Origin: an uncultured Chloroflexia bacterium
GTDB taxonomy: Bacteria > Chloroflexota > Limnocylindria > Limnocylindrales > CSP1-4
Length of the DNA: 64,000 nucleotides
Reading direction: 5' to 3'
NCBI GenBank assembly: GCA_963824735.1
Contig: CAWGQH010000016.1
Coordinates: 133,032 to 197,031 of the forward strand
Positions 33,401 through 43,401 of the stretch are shown here, piece after piece (the stretch's first letter is position 1; every line of letters starts with the position of its first letter). The position numbers and the translations under genes are program-made. The notes under the pieces are model-generated. The model was not told the DNA's origin. It ran no database searches and worked only from the letters and a program-made list of their open reading frames with translations.

Positions 33401-34029
33401 AGGTGTTCTACGACGACCGACTGGAGGCCGAATCACACCTCGATGTCCAGCGGCTGATCGGTGAGGACCCGGCCGACGGCGTTGGACCGCGCCTCGTCCC
33501 CGTCCCGAGCGAGGGGTTCGACTCGGAATCGCCGATCGAGGCAGAGGCCGTGGCCGCGCTCGCTCACGCGATCGTGGCTGATGGGCGCTGGATCGACCAG
33601 AAAGGGACCGAGCGCGACCTCACCTGGGATGACGTCCTGATCGTCGCCCCGTACAACGCCCAGGTCGGCGCCATCAAGCGCCTGCTCCCCGCCGAGGGCC
33701 GAGTCGGAACCGTGGACAAGTTCCAGGGCCAGGAGGCCCCCATCAGCATCTACTCGATGACGACATCGAGTCCCGAGCTGGCGCCGCGCGGCATGGACTT
33801 CCTGTACAGCCGCAACCGGCTGAACGTCGCTACGTCGCGGGCCCGCTGCGTCGCGGTGGTCGTCGCATCGCCGGCACTCCTGCAGGCCCGTGCGCGGACG
33901 CCCGCCCAGATGCGACTGGCCAACGCGCTGTGCCGCTTTGTCGAGATGGCATCCACAGGGCCGGCGACCGATGACGCGCTGGATGCGGAGCCGGACAAAC
34001 CTGCGACTCTGACGCTCGGGCTCGTGTAG
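30450..34029 (+). pseudogene. Cas4/RecB-like Fe-S nuclease + RNase-H-like module + SF1 helicase fusion (single frame break as assembled)
   Basis: ORF 30450..32465 (first ~165 aa sensible) plus ORF 30802..34029, with the break at CC 30947-30948. An N-terminal Cys (FLACEH), DFLL...EVADTK (PD-(D/E)xK) and CDVCRWAIEC (CX2CX5C, 31141-31170). FFDIEGDP...HYAPYE is TM0106-type RecB-like. Helicase motifs: Walker A GPPGSGKT (32827-32850), LFVDEAGQ, VDKFQGQEA, LNVATSRAR. Confidence 0.85.
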
Positions 34030-34065
34030 CCGAGGCGAGCCCGCAGCCGCGTATCATCGCCGCCG

Positions 34066-35316
34066 ATGTCCTTCTCGCCATCGCGCCTCGAGGCCCTCCG
34101 CCAGCGCACGATCTGGACGCTCGTCGCCGGAGTCGCGATCGGCAGCACCGGCCACATCGCGGCGGTCACCGTCGGCACGATCGTCGCCGGTGAGCTTGCC
34201 GGCACGTCGGCCCTCGCCGGGCTCCCTGCCGCGTCCGTCGTGCTCGGCTCGGCGATGGGCTCCGCGCTCCTGTCGATGCTCATGGCGCGTCGCGGGCGGC
34301 GCGCAGGGCTCTCGCTCGGCTACACGATCAGCGTGGTCGGCGCGTTCGTCGCGACCGGCGCGGTGATCACCGGGTCGCTGCCCACCCTGGTCCTCGGCAC
34401 GCTGTTGATCGGGTTCGGCAACAGCTCCAACCAGCTGTCGCGGTACGCCGCCGCCGACCTCGTGCCGCCCGGACGTCGGGCCTCCACGCTCGGGCTCGTC
34501 GTCTGGGGAGCGACCGTCGGCGCGGTCGTCGGGCCGAACCTCGTCGCGTTCTCGGGCGAGGTCGCGGCGAACCTCGGGCTGCCCGTGCTCACCGGCCCGT
34601 ACCTCGTGCCGATGGTGTTCGTCGGCGCGGCCGCTGTCCTGTCCTTCGTCATGCTCCGGCCCGACCCGTACGAGCTCGCCGACACCACGGTCGAGCAGAT
34701 GCGAGGCGATGACGGAGCGCCACCTCGGCTTGCGGAGCTCCTTCGACGCCCGGCCGTCCTCGCGGCGATCACGGCGCTGGTGTTCGGCCAGGTGGTGATG
34801 GTGCTGATCATGACGATGACCCCGTTGCACATGACCCAGCACGGCCACGGCCTCGCGGCGGTCGGGTTCGTGATCAGCGGCCACACCTTCGGGATGTTCG
34901 CCCTGTCGCCGATCTCGGGCCGCCTCACCGACCGCTACGGCAGCCCGGTCGTCATCGCGGCGGGCCTCGCGGTCCTCGCGATCTCCTCGGTCCTCGCGGC
35001 AGTCGCCCCACCGGAGGGTGGTGCGCTCCTGTTCGTCGCCCTGTTCCTGCTGGGCTACGGGTGGAACATGGGCTTCGTCGCCGGATCCGCTCTGCTCACG
35101 CACGGTCTGGCGATCCCCGAGCGCACCCGTCTCCAGGGCTTCACCGACGCCTTCATCTGGAGCTCGGCGGCCGCGGCAAGCCTGTCGTCCGGGCTCGTCG
35201 TCGACTGGGCCGGCTACGCGACCCTGGGGCTCATTGGCGCGGGCCTCATCGCCATCCCGGCGATCGTGCTCCTCGGCACGCGGGCCAGCAGGGCGCTCCC
35301 CGCCCCGACCGGCTAG
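34066..35316 (+). CDS. MFS transporter
   Basis: ORF 34066..35316. About 12 hydrophobic helices. An MFS-type loop motif (MARRGRRAG) follows TM2. Confidence 0.85.
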   Translation: MSFSPSRLEALRQRTIWTLVAGVAIGSTGHIAAVTVGTIVAGELAGTSALAGLPAASVVLGSAMGSALLSMLMARRGRRAGLSLGYTISVVGAFVATGAVITGSLPTLVLGTLLIGFGNSSNQLSRYAAADLVPPGRRASTLGLVVWGATVGAVVGPNLVAFSGEVAANLGLPVLTGPYLVPMVFVGAAAVLSFVMLRPDPYELADTTVEQMRGDDGAPPRLAELLRRPAVLAAITALVFGQVVMVLIMTMTPLHMTQHGHGLAAVGFVISGHTFGMFALSPISGRLTDRYGSPVVIAAGLAVLAISSVLAAVAPPEGGALLFVALFLLGYGWNMGFVAGSALLTHGLAIPERTRLQGFTDAFIWSSAAAASLSSGLVVDWAGYATLGLIGAGLIAIPAIVLLGTRASRALPAPTG

Positions 35317-35351
35317 CCTGCGAACTTGCGCTCGGGCCTACCCTGAGCGGG

Positions 35352-36146
35352 ATGATCGAACGCCCTGCCGATCCGGATCACGCCACCGAGGAGTTCTGGC
35401 GGGACTTCCTCACGCGCGGCGACGCGATGGAGCGCAAGGTCCGCGGTGTGCTCCGCCGCCTGCCGCACGAGCCGCGCTGCATGTTGTGCGCAGCGCCGTT
35501 CGCCGGGCCGGCGGCACCGGTCATGCGGGCCATCGGCAAGCGCCCATCGGACAAGAACCCGACGATGTGCACGTCGTGCTTCGACTTCATGGCGAAGCAC
35601 CACGGCGGCGCCGAGATCGAGTGCAGCTTCCTGTTCGCCGACGTGCGCGGGTCCACGGCCATCGCCGAACGCATGTCCGCGGCCGAGTTCCGAAGCCTGC
35701 TCGACCGCTTCTACGCGCTCGCGACGACCCTCGTCATCGACCACGACGGCAGCATCGACAAGTTCGTCGGGGACGAGCTCGTGGCGATGTATTTCCCGCT
35801 GCTCAGTGGCATGCGCCACACGGAGCGCGCCGTCTCGACGGCGAAGGCGCTGCTCAAGGCGACCGGGCACGGCGGCCCCGACGGTCCGTGGCTGCCGCTG
35901 GGCGCCGGCGTGCACACCGGCCCGGCATGGGTCGGCGCGGTCGGTAACGGTCCGCGCACCGACCTGACGGCACTTGGTGACACAGTCAACACGACCGCCC
36001 GGCTCGCATCCGTTGCGGGCGCCGGCGAGATCCTGGTCAGCGCGACGGCCGCCGCCGCTGCCGAACTCGATCCCGGCCTCGAGCGGCGGTCCCTCGAGCT
36101 CAAGGGCAAGGCCAACCCGACCGAGGCGTTCGTCGTCCGCGTCTAG
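35352..36146 (+). CDS. class III adenylate/guanylate cyclase with N-terminal Cys4 element
   Basis: ORF 35061..36146 trimmed to ATG 35352 (MIERPADPD). CMLC...CTSC. Cyclase motifs: FLFADVRGSTA, KFVGDELVAMY, GDTVNTTARL. Confidence 0.85.
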   Translation: MIERPADPDHATEEFWRDFLTRGDAMERKVRGVLRRLPHEPRCMLCAAPFAGPAAPVMRAIGKRPSDKNPTMCTSCFDFMAKHHGGAEIECSFLFADVRGSTAIAERMSAAEFRSLLDRFYALATTLVIDHDGSIDKFVGDELVAMYFPLLSGMRHTERAVSTAKALLKATGHGGPDGPWLPLGAGVHTGPAWVGAVGNGPRTDLTALGDTVNTTARLASVAGAGEILVSATAAAAAELDPGLERRSLELKGKANPTEAFVVRV

Positions 36147-36182
36147 CTGCTCCCGCCCGCGCACTGTTCGTCGGCGGCGAAC

Positions 36183-36228
36183 AAACCGGCCGCCTGACCC
36201 TCGCGAGGGCACCCTCGTGCACCGGTTT
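36183..36228. terminator. possible bidirectional stem-loop between convergent genes
   Basis: AAACCGG (36183-36189) pairs with CCGGTTT (36222-36228). The palindrome CCCTCGCGAGGG (36198-36209) lies inside. There is no clear U-tract. Confidence 0.3.
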
Positions 36229-36917
36229 CATTCGGTGGCAGCGGACACTGAGGGCTTCTCCCAGACCGAGACGTGCTTGTCGCTCACGTTCGTGAACGGC
36301 TCGCGTTGCCAGCCGCTCCAGCGCTCGCGGAGACGCAGCCCGGCCATCGCGGCCATCAGGTCGAGCTCCGCTGGCCAGACGTAGCGGAACGGACCCGACG
36401 AGCCGCGGATCTCGTCGCCGCGGACGTCGAAGTGGTGCGAGATCAGGCCCTGGTTGACGACGTCGTACTCGTCGATGCCCATGTGCCGCTCGCTGAAGTC
36501 GAAGACCCGGAAGGTCTCGCCGAACGGCAGCCGCTGCAGGTCGGGCACGCCGACCTCGATGACGAACGCACCGCCCGGCTCCAGATGCGCCGCCGCGTTG
36601 CGGAAGACCGCCACCTGCCCGGCCTGCGTGGTCACGTTCATGATCGTGTTGTAGACGAGGTAGACGAGCCGGAAGGCACCATCGGCCCGGGCGGTCGTCA
36701 TGTCGCCGACGATGACGGGGATCGTGTCCCCGCCTTCCTTCCGCCGAAGGTATTCGAGCATCGCCCGGGACAGCTCGATGCCATGCACCTCGACGCCGCG
36801 CCGGCGCAGCGGCAGGCCGATCCGCCCGGTCCCGATCGCGAACTCGAGCGCCCGACCGTCACCGGCGAGCGAGGCGAGGAACTCGACCGCGGGCTCGATC
36901 GCGGCCGGCTGGTTCAT
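36228..36917 (-). CDS. class I SAM-dependent methyltransferase
   Basis: ORF 36228..37661 trimmed to ATG 36917 (MNQPAAIEPAVEFL). SAM motif I: LEFAIGTGRIGLPL. Confidence 0.8.
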   Translation of the reverse strand: MNQPAAIEPAVEFLASLAGDGRALEFAIGTGRIGLPLRRRGVEVHGIELSRAMLEYLRRKEGGDTIPVIVGDMTTARADGAFRLVYLVYNTIMNVTTQAGQVAVFRNAAAHLEPGGAFVIEVGVPDLQRLPFGETFRVFDFSERHMGIDEYDVVNQGLISHHFDVRGDEIRGSSGPFRYVWPAELDLMAAMAGLRLRERWSGWQREPFTNVSDKHVSVWEKPSVSAATE

Positions 36918-37006
36918 CGGCTCCAGGGGATCGTCGTAGCGTCGCCGCAACGGTCGCGTCGAAATGGCCGTCGTCGTGCATCGGTCCGTCAGCGCTCCCA
37001 GACGTC

Positions 37007-37969
37007 CTACGCGTTCACGACGCGCATCCCCGCGCGCTCGTAGACCGCCGTGGCGCCGGTCACGTTCTCTGCGTCCACGTTCACCATGACGCGCCGCATT
37101 CCACGCTCGGCGAACGTGGCGAAGGATCGTCTCAGGAGCGCGAGCCCGATTCCCCGACCCCGGTGCGAAGCGAGCACCGCAAGCCAGTCGACCCAGCCAC
37201 CGTCGCCGATGCTGGCGCTGAGCGCGCCGACCGGCACGTCGCCGTCCCGCGCCAGCAGCCAGAGCGACGGATCGTAGCTCGGGCTCGTCACGTGCTCCTC
37301 GAGCCACCGATCGAACGGCTCCGGGTGGTCGGCCGGGTCCTCCGCGAACGCTGATTCGAGGATCGAGTGGACCGCGCGGAGATCGTCGGGCGGCTCGATC
37401 CCGCCGATCGTGATTCCTGGCGGGTCCTGTGTCGGCGCGATCGGCTCGTCGAGATCGATCTGCATGTGCCAGTTGTGCTGAACCGGTCGCAGACCGCGGG
37501 CCGTGGCCATCGCCGCCGCCACCGCATCGCGCGCATTGATGGCGTGGCGGAACCGCGGCGTGGTCGCGCCGGCCAGGAGTTCGGCGGCCCGCGCCTCGAT
37601 CCGGTCGAACAGCGCCGAGCCGATGCCGCGTCCCCGTTGCTGGGGATGGACGACGCCCCACGATCCGACAAGATCCGGCTCATCCCGCCGCGCCTGTCCG
37701 TACGCGACGATCGTGCCCGCGTCGTCGGTCACGACCCAGGCGTCCGCAGCGAGGTCGAAGTCGGGCCGGCTCCACACCTGGCGGACGAAGGATTTGTCCA
37801 GGGTCGGTTCGATGCCGTCCGCCAGCTGATCGTCGACGAGCACGCCCGCCACCCCGCCGACGTCGTCCCAGGTCGGCGCCCGGAACCGGTATCCGGAGGG
37901 AAGATCCACACCGAGAGGGTACGCGTCCGCCCGCATCGGGGATTGCGGACTCGCGAGTTGGACGCGCAT
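37007..37969 (-). CDS. tandem-GNAT N-acetyltransferase
   Basis: ORF 37007..37969. Two acetyl-CoA motif A copies: HPQQRGRGIGSALF and ASHRGRGIGLALL. Confidence 0.8.
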   Translation of the reverse strand: MRVQLASPQSPMRADAYPLGVDLPSGYRFRAPTWDDVGGVAGVLVDDQLADGIEPTLDKSFVRQVWSRPDFDLAADAWVVTDDAGTIVAYGQARRDEPDLVGSWGVVHPQQRGRGIGSALFDRIEARAAELLAGATTPRFRHAINARDAVAAAMATARGLRPVQHNWHMQIDLDEPIAPTQDPPGITIGGIEPPDDLRAVHSILESAFAEDPADHPEPFDRWLEEHVTSPSYDPSLWLLARDGDVPVGALSASIGDGGWVDWLAVLASHRGRGIGLALLRRSFATFAERGMRRVMVNVDAENVTGATAVYERAGMRVVNA

Positions 37970-38011
37970 TCTCTCGGTCCGGTCGAAGCGGACCGACGCG
38001 GGAGGCGCAGC

Positions 38012-38965
38012 ATGTCCGAGCGCAGACTGGGCCGGTCCATCGCGGCCAGGCTCGAAAGGCTCGAGGGAGAGCCAGGACTCACCGCTGACGGGTCGTCGGT
38101 GTCGAGACCTCCGGTGGCATCGCCGCCGGAACGAGAACCTGCTGATAACGCTCCGCCCCAGCCGGCAAAACCGAAACCGGTGACGCCGGCACCGCCGCAG
38201 ATCCGCGATCCGGCAGGCCCGCCTGGCGGCGTCGTTACCTGTTCGAACTGCGGGACCGTCAACGCACCGGAGGCAGAGTTCTGCGCGAGTTGCGGGAGCT
38301 TCCTGGGGTGGGCTGGGCAGGCAGCGGGCGACGCCACGGCCGCGCCAGGCTCAGCCTGCCGACAGGACGGCTCTCCGACGCTGCTGCCAAGGCGGCGACC
38401 CCTGCGACGGGCGACCTCATCTGTGCGAACTGTGGCGAACCCAACGACCCGGGTCGGAAGTTCTGTCGTCGGTGTGGATCGTCCGCTTGCCACGGCTGCC
38501 GCCGCGCCCGCTCCTCCTGCCCCGTCAGGCCTCGACGATCTCGCCGACTACCTGACTGCCTACGTTCCGACCTGGGTCGTGTCGTTGTTTCTCCCGCTGT
38601 GGGGCGCGCTCATCGCCGCGGAAGCAGGCGGCACCGAGTTCGGTCAGCCGTTCAAGCTCGCCATCGCCATAGCTACGGCCGTCACCGCCGGACTGTGGGT
38701 TTGGGGCGAGGGCTATCAGACCGCCAGGGAGGCGGCCGCCCGGGGCCGTGGACGTCGCCGCCGCGTCCGACCCTTCGATGCCCTTCGGGTCGGCGCCTGG
38801 GAGGTGGGTGCCGCAGCGATCGCCGCGTTCGCCTGGGCCACGGCGGCTCCCTTCAGCTGGGCAAGCTTCAGCAGTGCGTTCTGGCCGCTCGCCACGGTGA
38901 TCGGGGCTGCCGTGATTCTTGGGATCGCGGGCAAGTTCTTCGCCCCACTGGAGGGCGCCCGCTAA
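38012..38965 (+). pseudogene. double zinc-ribbon membrane protein (second ribbon out of frame as assembled)
   Basis: ATG 38012 (MSERRLGRS). Ribbon 1, CSNCGTVNAPEAEFCASCG (38240-38296), is in frame. Ribbon 2, GDLICANCGEPNDPGRKFCRRCG (38410-38478), is in the ORF 38290 frame. The C-terminal multi-TM part (VVSLFLPLWGALIAAEAGG...) returns to the first frame. Confidence 0.6.
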
Positions 38966-38996
38966 GGAGACCTGCGCGCGAGCCGGATGCCCACGC

Positions 38997-40215
38997 CTAC
39001 GTCACTCGGGCGCGCCTCGGGTCGACCTCGTGGTGGACACCCCGTTCGACCAGGTCCCGGAGCCGGGCCATGGCGTCAAACACGTCGACGAAACGCGTGT
39101 ACAACGGCGCGACCGCCGAGCCGGACCGTGTTCGGGCCGCGGAAGTCAGGGATGACGTCCACCCGCTCGATCAGCGCGCGGCAGATCGGCCACGCCTCGG
39201 GATGGTCGAGCGCGACGTGCGACCCGCGCCGCGCGGGATCGCGCGGGGAGCCGAGCTCGAAGCCAAGCGGGACGAGCCACTCGTCGTGGAATGCGACGAT
39301 CAGCTCGGTCTGCGCCACCGACTTCGCACGCAACGCGTCGATCCCCGCCTCGGCGGTGATCCGGACCGACTCCTCGATCGCGGCGAGCACCAGGATCGAC
39401 GGCGTGCCCGCCATGAACCGCGTGATGCCGGGCGCCGGCGAATAGGACTGCTCCATCGCGAACTGGTCGTCCTGCCCGAACCACCCCTGGATCGGCGATC
39501 GCAACCGGTCCGCGTCCGCGACGTACAGGTAACCGGCCGCCCCCGGGCCGGCGTTGAGGTACTTGTACGTGCACCCGACCGCGTAGCGGACCCCAAGTGC
39601 GTCGAGGTTGATCGGCACCGCGCCGGCGGAATGGCTCAGATCCCAGATCACAGTCGCGAGCGGGTCGAGGGCAGCCATGTCGGCGAGCGCGCCGGAGCGA
39701 TACCCGACGTGCGACAGGACGACCAGTGCGCCGCGCGGGATGTCGTCAGGCTGCGGCCCGAGGATCGGGTCGGCGGGATCGAACAGGACCAGCTCCAGCC
39801 CGCGCGCACGCGCGATCCCCTCGAGCACGTAGCGGTCGGTCGGGAAGTTCTCGCGGTCGGTGGCCAGGACCCGCAGCGACGGATCGGCGTCGAGCAGCGC
39901 GTGGACGAGCTTGTAGAGGTTGACCGTGACGGAGTCCGTGACAAGGACCTGGCCCGGCAGAGCACCCAGCACCTCCGCGAGCGCATCGCCGGTCCGGATC
40001 GGTGCATCGATCCAGTCCGGCCAGCCGCTGACGACGCGCTCGCCCCACTCGTCGATCTGTCGATGCAGGCGCTCCCGGGCGGCCTTTGGCAGCCGCCCCA
40101 GCGAATTGCCGTCGAAGTACAGCCGGTGCTCGTCGGGGATCACGAAGCGCTCGCGGAACGGAGCCAGCGGATCGCGGGCGTCGAGCTCCTGCGCCTCCTC
40201 GCGCGTCAGAGCCAT
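38997..40215 (-). pseudogene. kynU: kynureninase (single frame break near the 3' end as assembled)
   Basis: ATG 40215 (MALTREEAQELD). Motifs: FDGNSLG, DLSHSAG, CTYKYLNAGPGA. The break is at CC 39113-39114. The tail VAPLYTRFVDVFDAMARLRDLVERGVHHEVDPRRARVT ends at TAG 38997-38999. Confidence 0.85.
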
Positions 40216-40874
40216 CCGATGACTGCCTTCCACAGCGGGTTGTCCGGATCGAGGTGCCCGTCGTGGTCCTCGTTCGGCTCGACGACCAGGGTGGCGCCGG
40301 AAGCTCGCGCGAAGCGCTCGGAGATCTCGAGGGGCACGACGTCGTCGAGGGCTCCGTGCGTCACCAGCGTTGGGACGCCCATCGGCAGCCGCTCGATCGG
40401 CGAGGCGAGGCTCGTCGGCTGGCCGTCGAGAAAGCGGTCCACGACTCCGTTCGAGAGCCGCAGCTCACGGGCGCGCTGCAGGTCGAGCACGCCGGCCTGC
40501 GACACCACCCCCGTCAATGGCACGCGCGGGTACTCGCGCGTGGCGGCCCACGCGGCCAGGTGACCGCCTGCGGAATGACCGATCGCCACCACCCGTGACA
40601 GGTCCACGCCATCGAGCTCGGCGAGCTTGTCAATGGCCGCGCTCACGTCGTCGAGCGTCTCAGGCACGCCGCCGCCGTTGCCCAGCCGGCGGTACTCGAT
40701 GTTCCACGCCGCCCAGCCGCGCTCGGCAAGGTCCTCGGCCATGGCCTCGTTCAGGTCGAGGCCGTATTCGGCCTTCCAGAACCCGCCGTGGATGACGACT
40801 GCCACCGGGCCTTCGCCATAGAGCACGCCGAACTGCGAGGGGTCGTCGCCGTAGCGATGGACGGTCTTCCGCAT
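40206..40874 (-). CDS. alpha/beta hydrolase, AFMID/BNA7-like (probable kynurenine formamidase)
   Basis: ORF 40206..40874. VVIHGGFW oxyanion motif and GHSAGGHL elbow. It overlaps the kynureninase start by 10 nt. Confidence 0.7.
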   Translation of the reverse strand: MRKTVHRYGDDPSQFGVLYGEGPVAVVIHGGFWKAEYGLDLNEAMAEDLAERGWAAWNIEYRRLGNGGGVPETLDDVSAAIDKLAELDGVDLSRVVAIGHSAGGHLAAWAATREYPRVPLTGVVSQAGVLDLQRARELRLSNGVVDRFLDGQPTSLASPIERLPMGVPTLVTHGALDDVVPLEISERFARASGATLVVEPNEDHDGHLDPDNPLWKAVIGWL

Positions 40875-40923
40875 CGACAGATGCTAGGCCACGCCCCGCC
40901 GCGGCGGATGGCATGCTTCGGCG

Positions 40924-41613
40924 ATGCCACTGGACCGGGACGATCCGGCGTACAAGGGCCAGCGCGACTTCACACCGCTCGCGCTTCGGTTCTACGACCC
41001 GTTCGTGCTGCAGTTCTCGGCGGGCTGGGTCTGGCGCTGCCCGCTCGAGCGGCTGCTCGAGAACTACCGCTGGCACATCCGCCCCAACCACCTCGACGTG
41101 GGGCCGGGGACCGGCTACTTCCTCGAGCACGCAGGGCTGCCGGAGGGCAGCGAGGTCACGATCCTCGACCCCAACCTCAACGTCCTGCACCGTGCCGCGG
41201 AGCGCCTGGGGTCCCTGGACGTCACGGCGGTCGAGGCCGACGTGCTCAAGCCGCTCCCCGTCAAGGGTCCGTTCGGGTCCGTCGGGCTGAACCTGGTGCT
41301 CCATTGCCTGCCCGGCCCGATCGTCCGCAAGTCGGCGGCGATCCGGAACGTCGCAAAGGTGCTCAGTCCCGACGGCCTGTTCTTCGGATCGACCGTGCTC
41401 GGGGACTCCGGCAACCATTCCTGGGCGGCGCGGCGGATGCTGAACCTCTACAACGGCCGTGGATCGTTCGACAACCGCCTCGACACGGAGGACGGCCTGC
41501 GCGAGATCCTCGCGGACGGCTTCGAACACGTGGAGCTTGACGTGGTCGGCTCGATCGCGATCTTCTTCGGGTTGGGCCCGAGGGGACCGCACTCGGAGGA
41601 AGCGACGGCCTAG
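40924..41613 (+). CDS. class I SAM-dependent methyltransferase
   Basis: ORF 40924..41613. Motif I: LDVGPGTGYFL. Confidence 0.75.
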   Translation: MPLDRDDPAYKGQRDFTPLALRFYDPFVLQFSAGWVWRCPLERLLENYRWHIRPNHLDVGPGTGYFLEHAGLPEGSEVTILDPNLNVLHRAAERLGSLDVTAVEADVLKPLPVKGPFGSVGLNLVLHCLPGPIVRKSAAIRNVAKVLSPDGLFFGSTVLGDSGNHSWAARRMLNLYNGRGSFDNRLDTEDGLREILADGFEHVELDVVGSIAIFFGLGPRGPHSEEATA

Positions 41614-41972
41614 CTCGTCGTTCGGATCTTCCAGAACGAGTCCTTCTTCACGACCTTCCCGTCGCGGAACGTCCACAGGTCGCAGCCCCGGACCTCGATG
41701 CGCTGTCCGTCGGTCGTCGTGCCCGACAGGGTCCACTCGGATGCGCCTCGGTCTCCGTCGACGAAGTGCTCATCCTGCTGGTAGCGGACGTCGGGGATCC
41801 CGGCGAAGCGCGCAGCGAAGCCCGCGCGGACCTCGTCGCGGCCGACCCACCTGGTACCCCACGGTTCCGTCCCTCGCGGCCCTTCGAAGACGGCGTCATC
41901 GGCGAAGTGGGCCATGATCGCGTCGAGATCGTGCTCGTCGAATGCCGTTGCGATCACCTTGAGCATCTGCAT
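41610..41972 (-). CDS. SnoaL-like / NTF2-fold protein
   Basis: ORF 41610..42503 trimmed to ATG 41972 (MQMLKVIATAFDEHDLDAIMAHFADDAVFE...). About 120 aa. Confidence 0.7.
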   Translation of the reverse strand: MQMLKVIATAFDEHDLDAIMAHFADDAVFEGPRGTEPWGTRWVGRDEVRAGFAARFAGIPDVRYQQDEHFVDGDRGASEWTLSGTTTDGQRIEVRGCDLWTFRDGKVVKKDSFWKIRTTS

Positions 41973-42004
41973 CGCGGCGTCGTGCTCCACAACGCTCCTC
42001 CTCG

Positions 42005-43253
42005 CTACTGCCACGGTGACGGCAGGTGGGTCAGCGGCTCGAAGTCGGGCAGCACGTCCGTCTGCAGCGATGGGTCCGCCGCGGGAACATAGCGTTCCTC
42101 GAGCCCGAGCTCCTTCAGCACGATGTTGCGGGCCTGCGCGATGGCCGTCGTCTTGTAGAAGGCGACCGTTCGGTTGAACCCCTGCCGGCCGAACCCGCAA
42201 TCCGTGGACAGGATCAGCTTGTCCGCCGGGATTACCTCCAGCGCGCGCCGGACCCGCCCGGCGACGACCGGCGGCATGTCGGCCTGCAGCGTGCGGTGGT
42301 TCACGACGCCGACGGCGACCTTCTTCTTGAGGTTGCCGGCGAACGGCTTGAACAGGTCGATCTCGGCGAGGTTGTTCTCGGTCGCCTCGACGGTCCACAC
42401 GTCGCCCTTGAGCCGCTCGAGGTAGATCTCGATCGAGTTGGCGTACGACTCGCCGGTGTAGACCTTCTGCATGTTCGGGTTGCCCCAGCAGGTGTGGATC
42501 CACAGCTCGACGTCGTCGAGGCCCTCGACCTCATGGTTGAACGCGTCGACGAGGAAGTCGAGCAACTCGGTCTGGTCGGGGTAGAAGCAAGCGACGAAGT
42601 GGATCGTCGGCTCCTCGATCTGGATCACCCTGGCCCCGGCCGCCGCGAGCTGGCGCAGCTCGGTGTTCATCGCCGTCGCCATGTCCCAGATCAGCTGCTT
42701 CTTGTCCTCGAGGTCGTATTCGGGCGTGTGGCTGTCGAGGAAGATCGACAGGACCTGCGATGAGCAGCTCCCGAACTTGACCGGCTTGCCGGACCCCGAT
42801 CGGGCCTGGGCGATGCGCCAGAGCTTGGCGTACTCGAGCGGGTTGCGCGGGTCGTGCTCGACCTTGCCGACCACCCGCGGCCAGCGCCACGTCGACTCGA
42901 TCTCGTTCATCAGGGTGCCCGGGCGCGAACTCGAGCAGACGGTCGCGCGAGCGCTCGTACTGCAGCTCCTCGTGCTCGAGCCCCTTCCAGCGCTGCAACG
43001 GGTAGTGGTGCCACGAGCGCCCGGCGAAGTCCTCGTCGAGGTGGTAGTCGCCGTTCGTGAGGATGTCGAGCCCGGCGCGCTCCTGTTCGGCGATCACGGT
43101 CGCGTGCGCGTCCAGGAACTGCTCGCGGAAGCGGACGTCGAGCAGCGCCGTGTCGAGCGGGCGGCCCCACAGGCCGCCGTCGTACCAGCGCGGTCGCGGC
43201 CACGAGCCGGTAACGGTCGCTGGGAGCATCAGGTCCTTGGTGGCCGTGAGCAT
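42005..43253 (-). pseudogene. cobalamin-independent methionine-synthase-like (Meth_synt_2) protein (single frame break as assembled)
   Basis: ORF 42531..43253 (MLTATKDLMLPATVTGSWPRPRWY) plus ORF 42005..42910, with the break in CCCGGG 42918-42923. Motifs: IQIEEP, HTCWGN, STDCGFG. Confidence 0.8.
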
Positions 43254-43401
43254 CGCGGCACGCCTCCTCGTCGAGATTCTGCGATTGGTGGATCCAGGGT
43301 CTTCCGGAACCGCCGTCTACCGCCTAGTATTCCGCCGCGGCTTGGCCCCAGCACAGGCTGTTGGGACTTCCTTGCCGTGGGGGGAGCGAGGAGGGTCAGG
43401 T

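Noticed and set aside
36228-37661. 477-aa ORF extending the methyltransferase across the GNAT gene.
   Set aside because: The N-terminal 250 aa overlap the tandem-GNAT gene (37007..37969, same strand) in a different reading frame and are low-complexity. The methyltransferase domain starts at ATG 36917.
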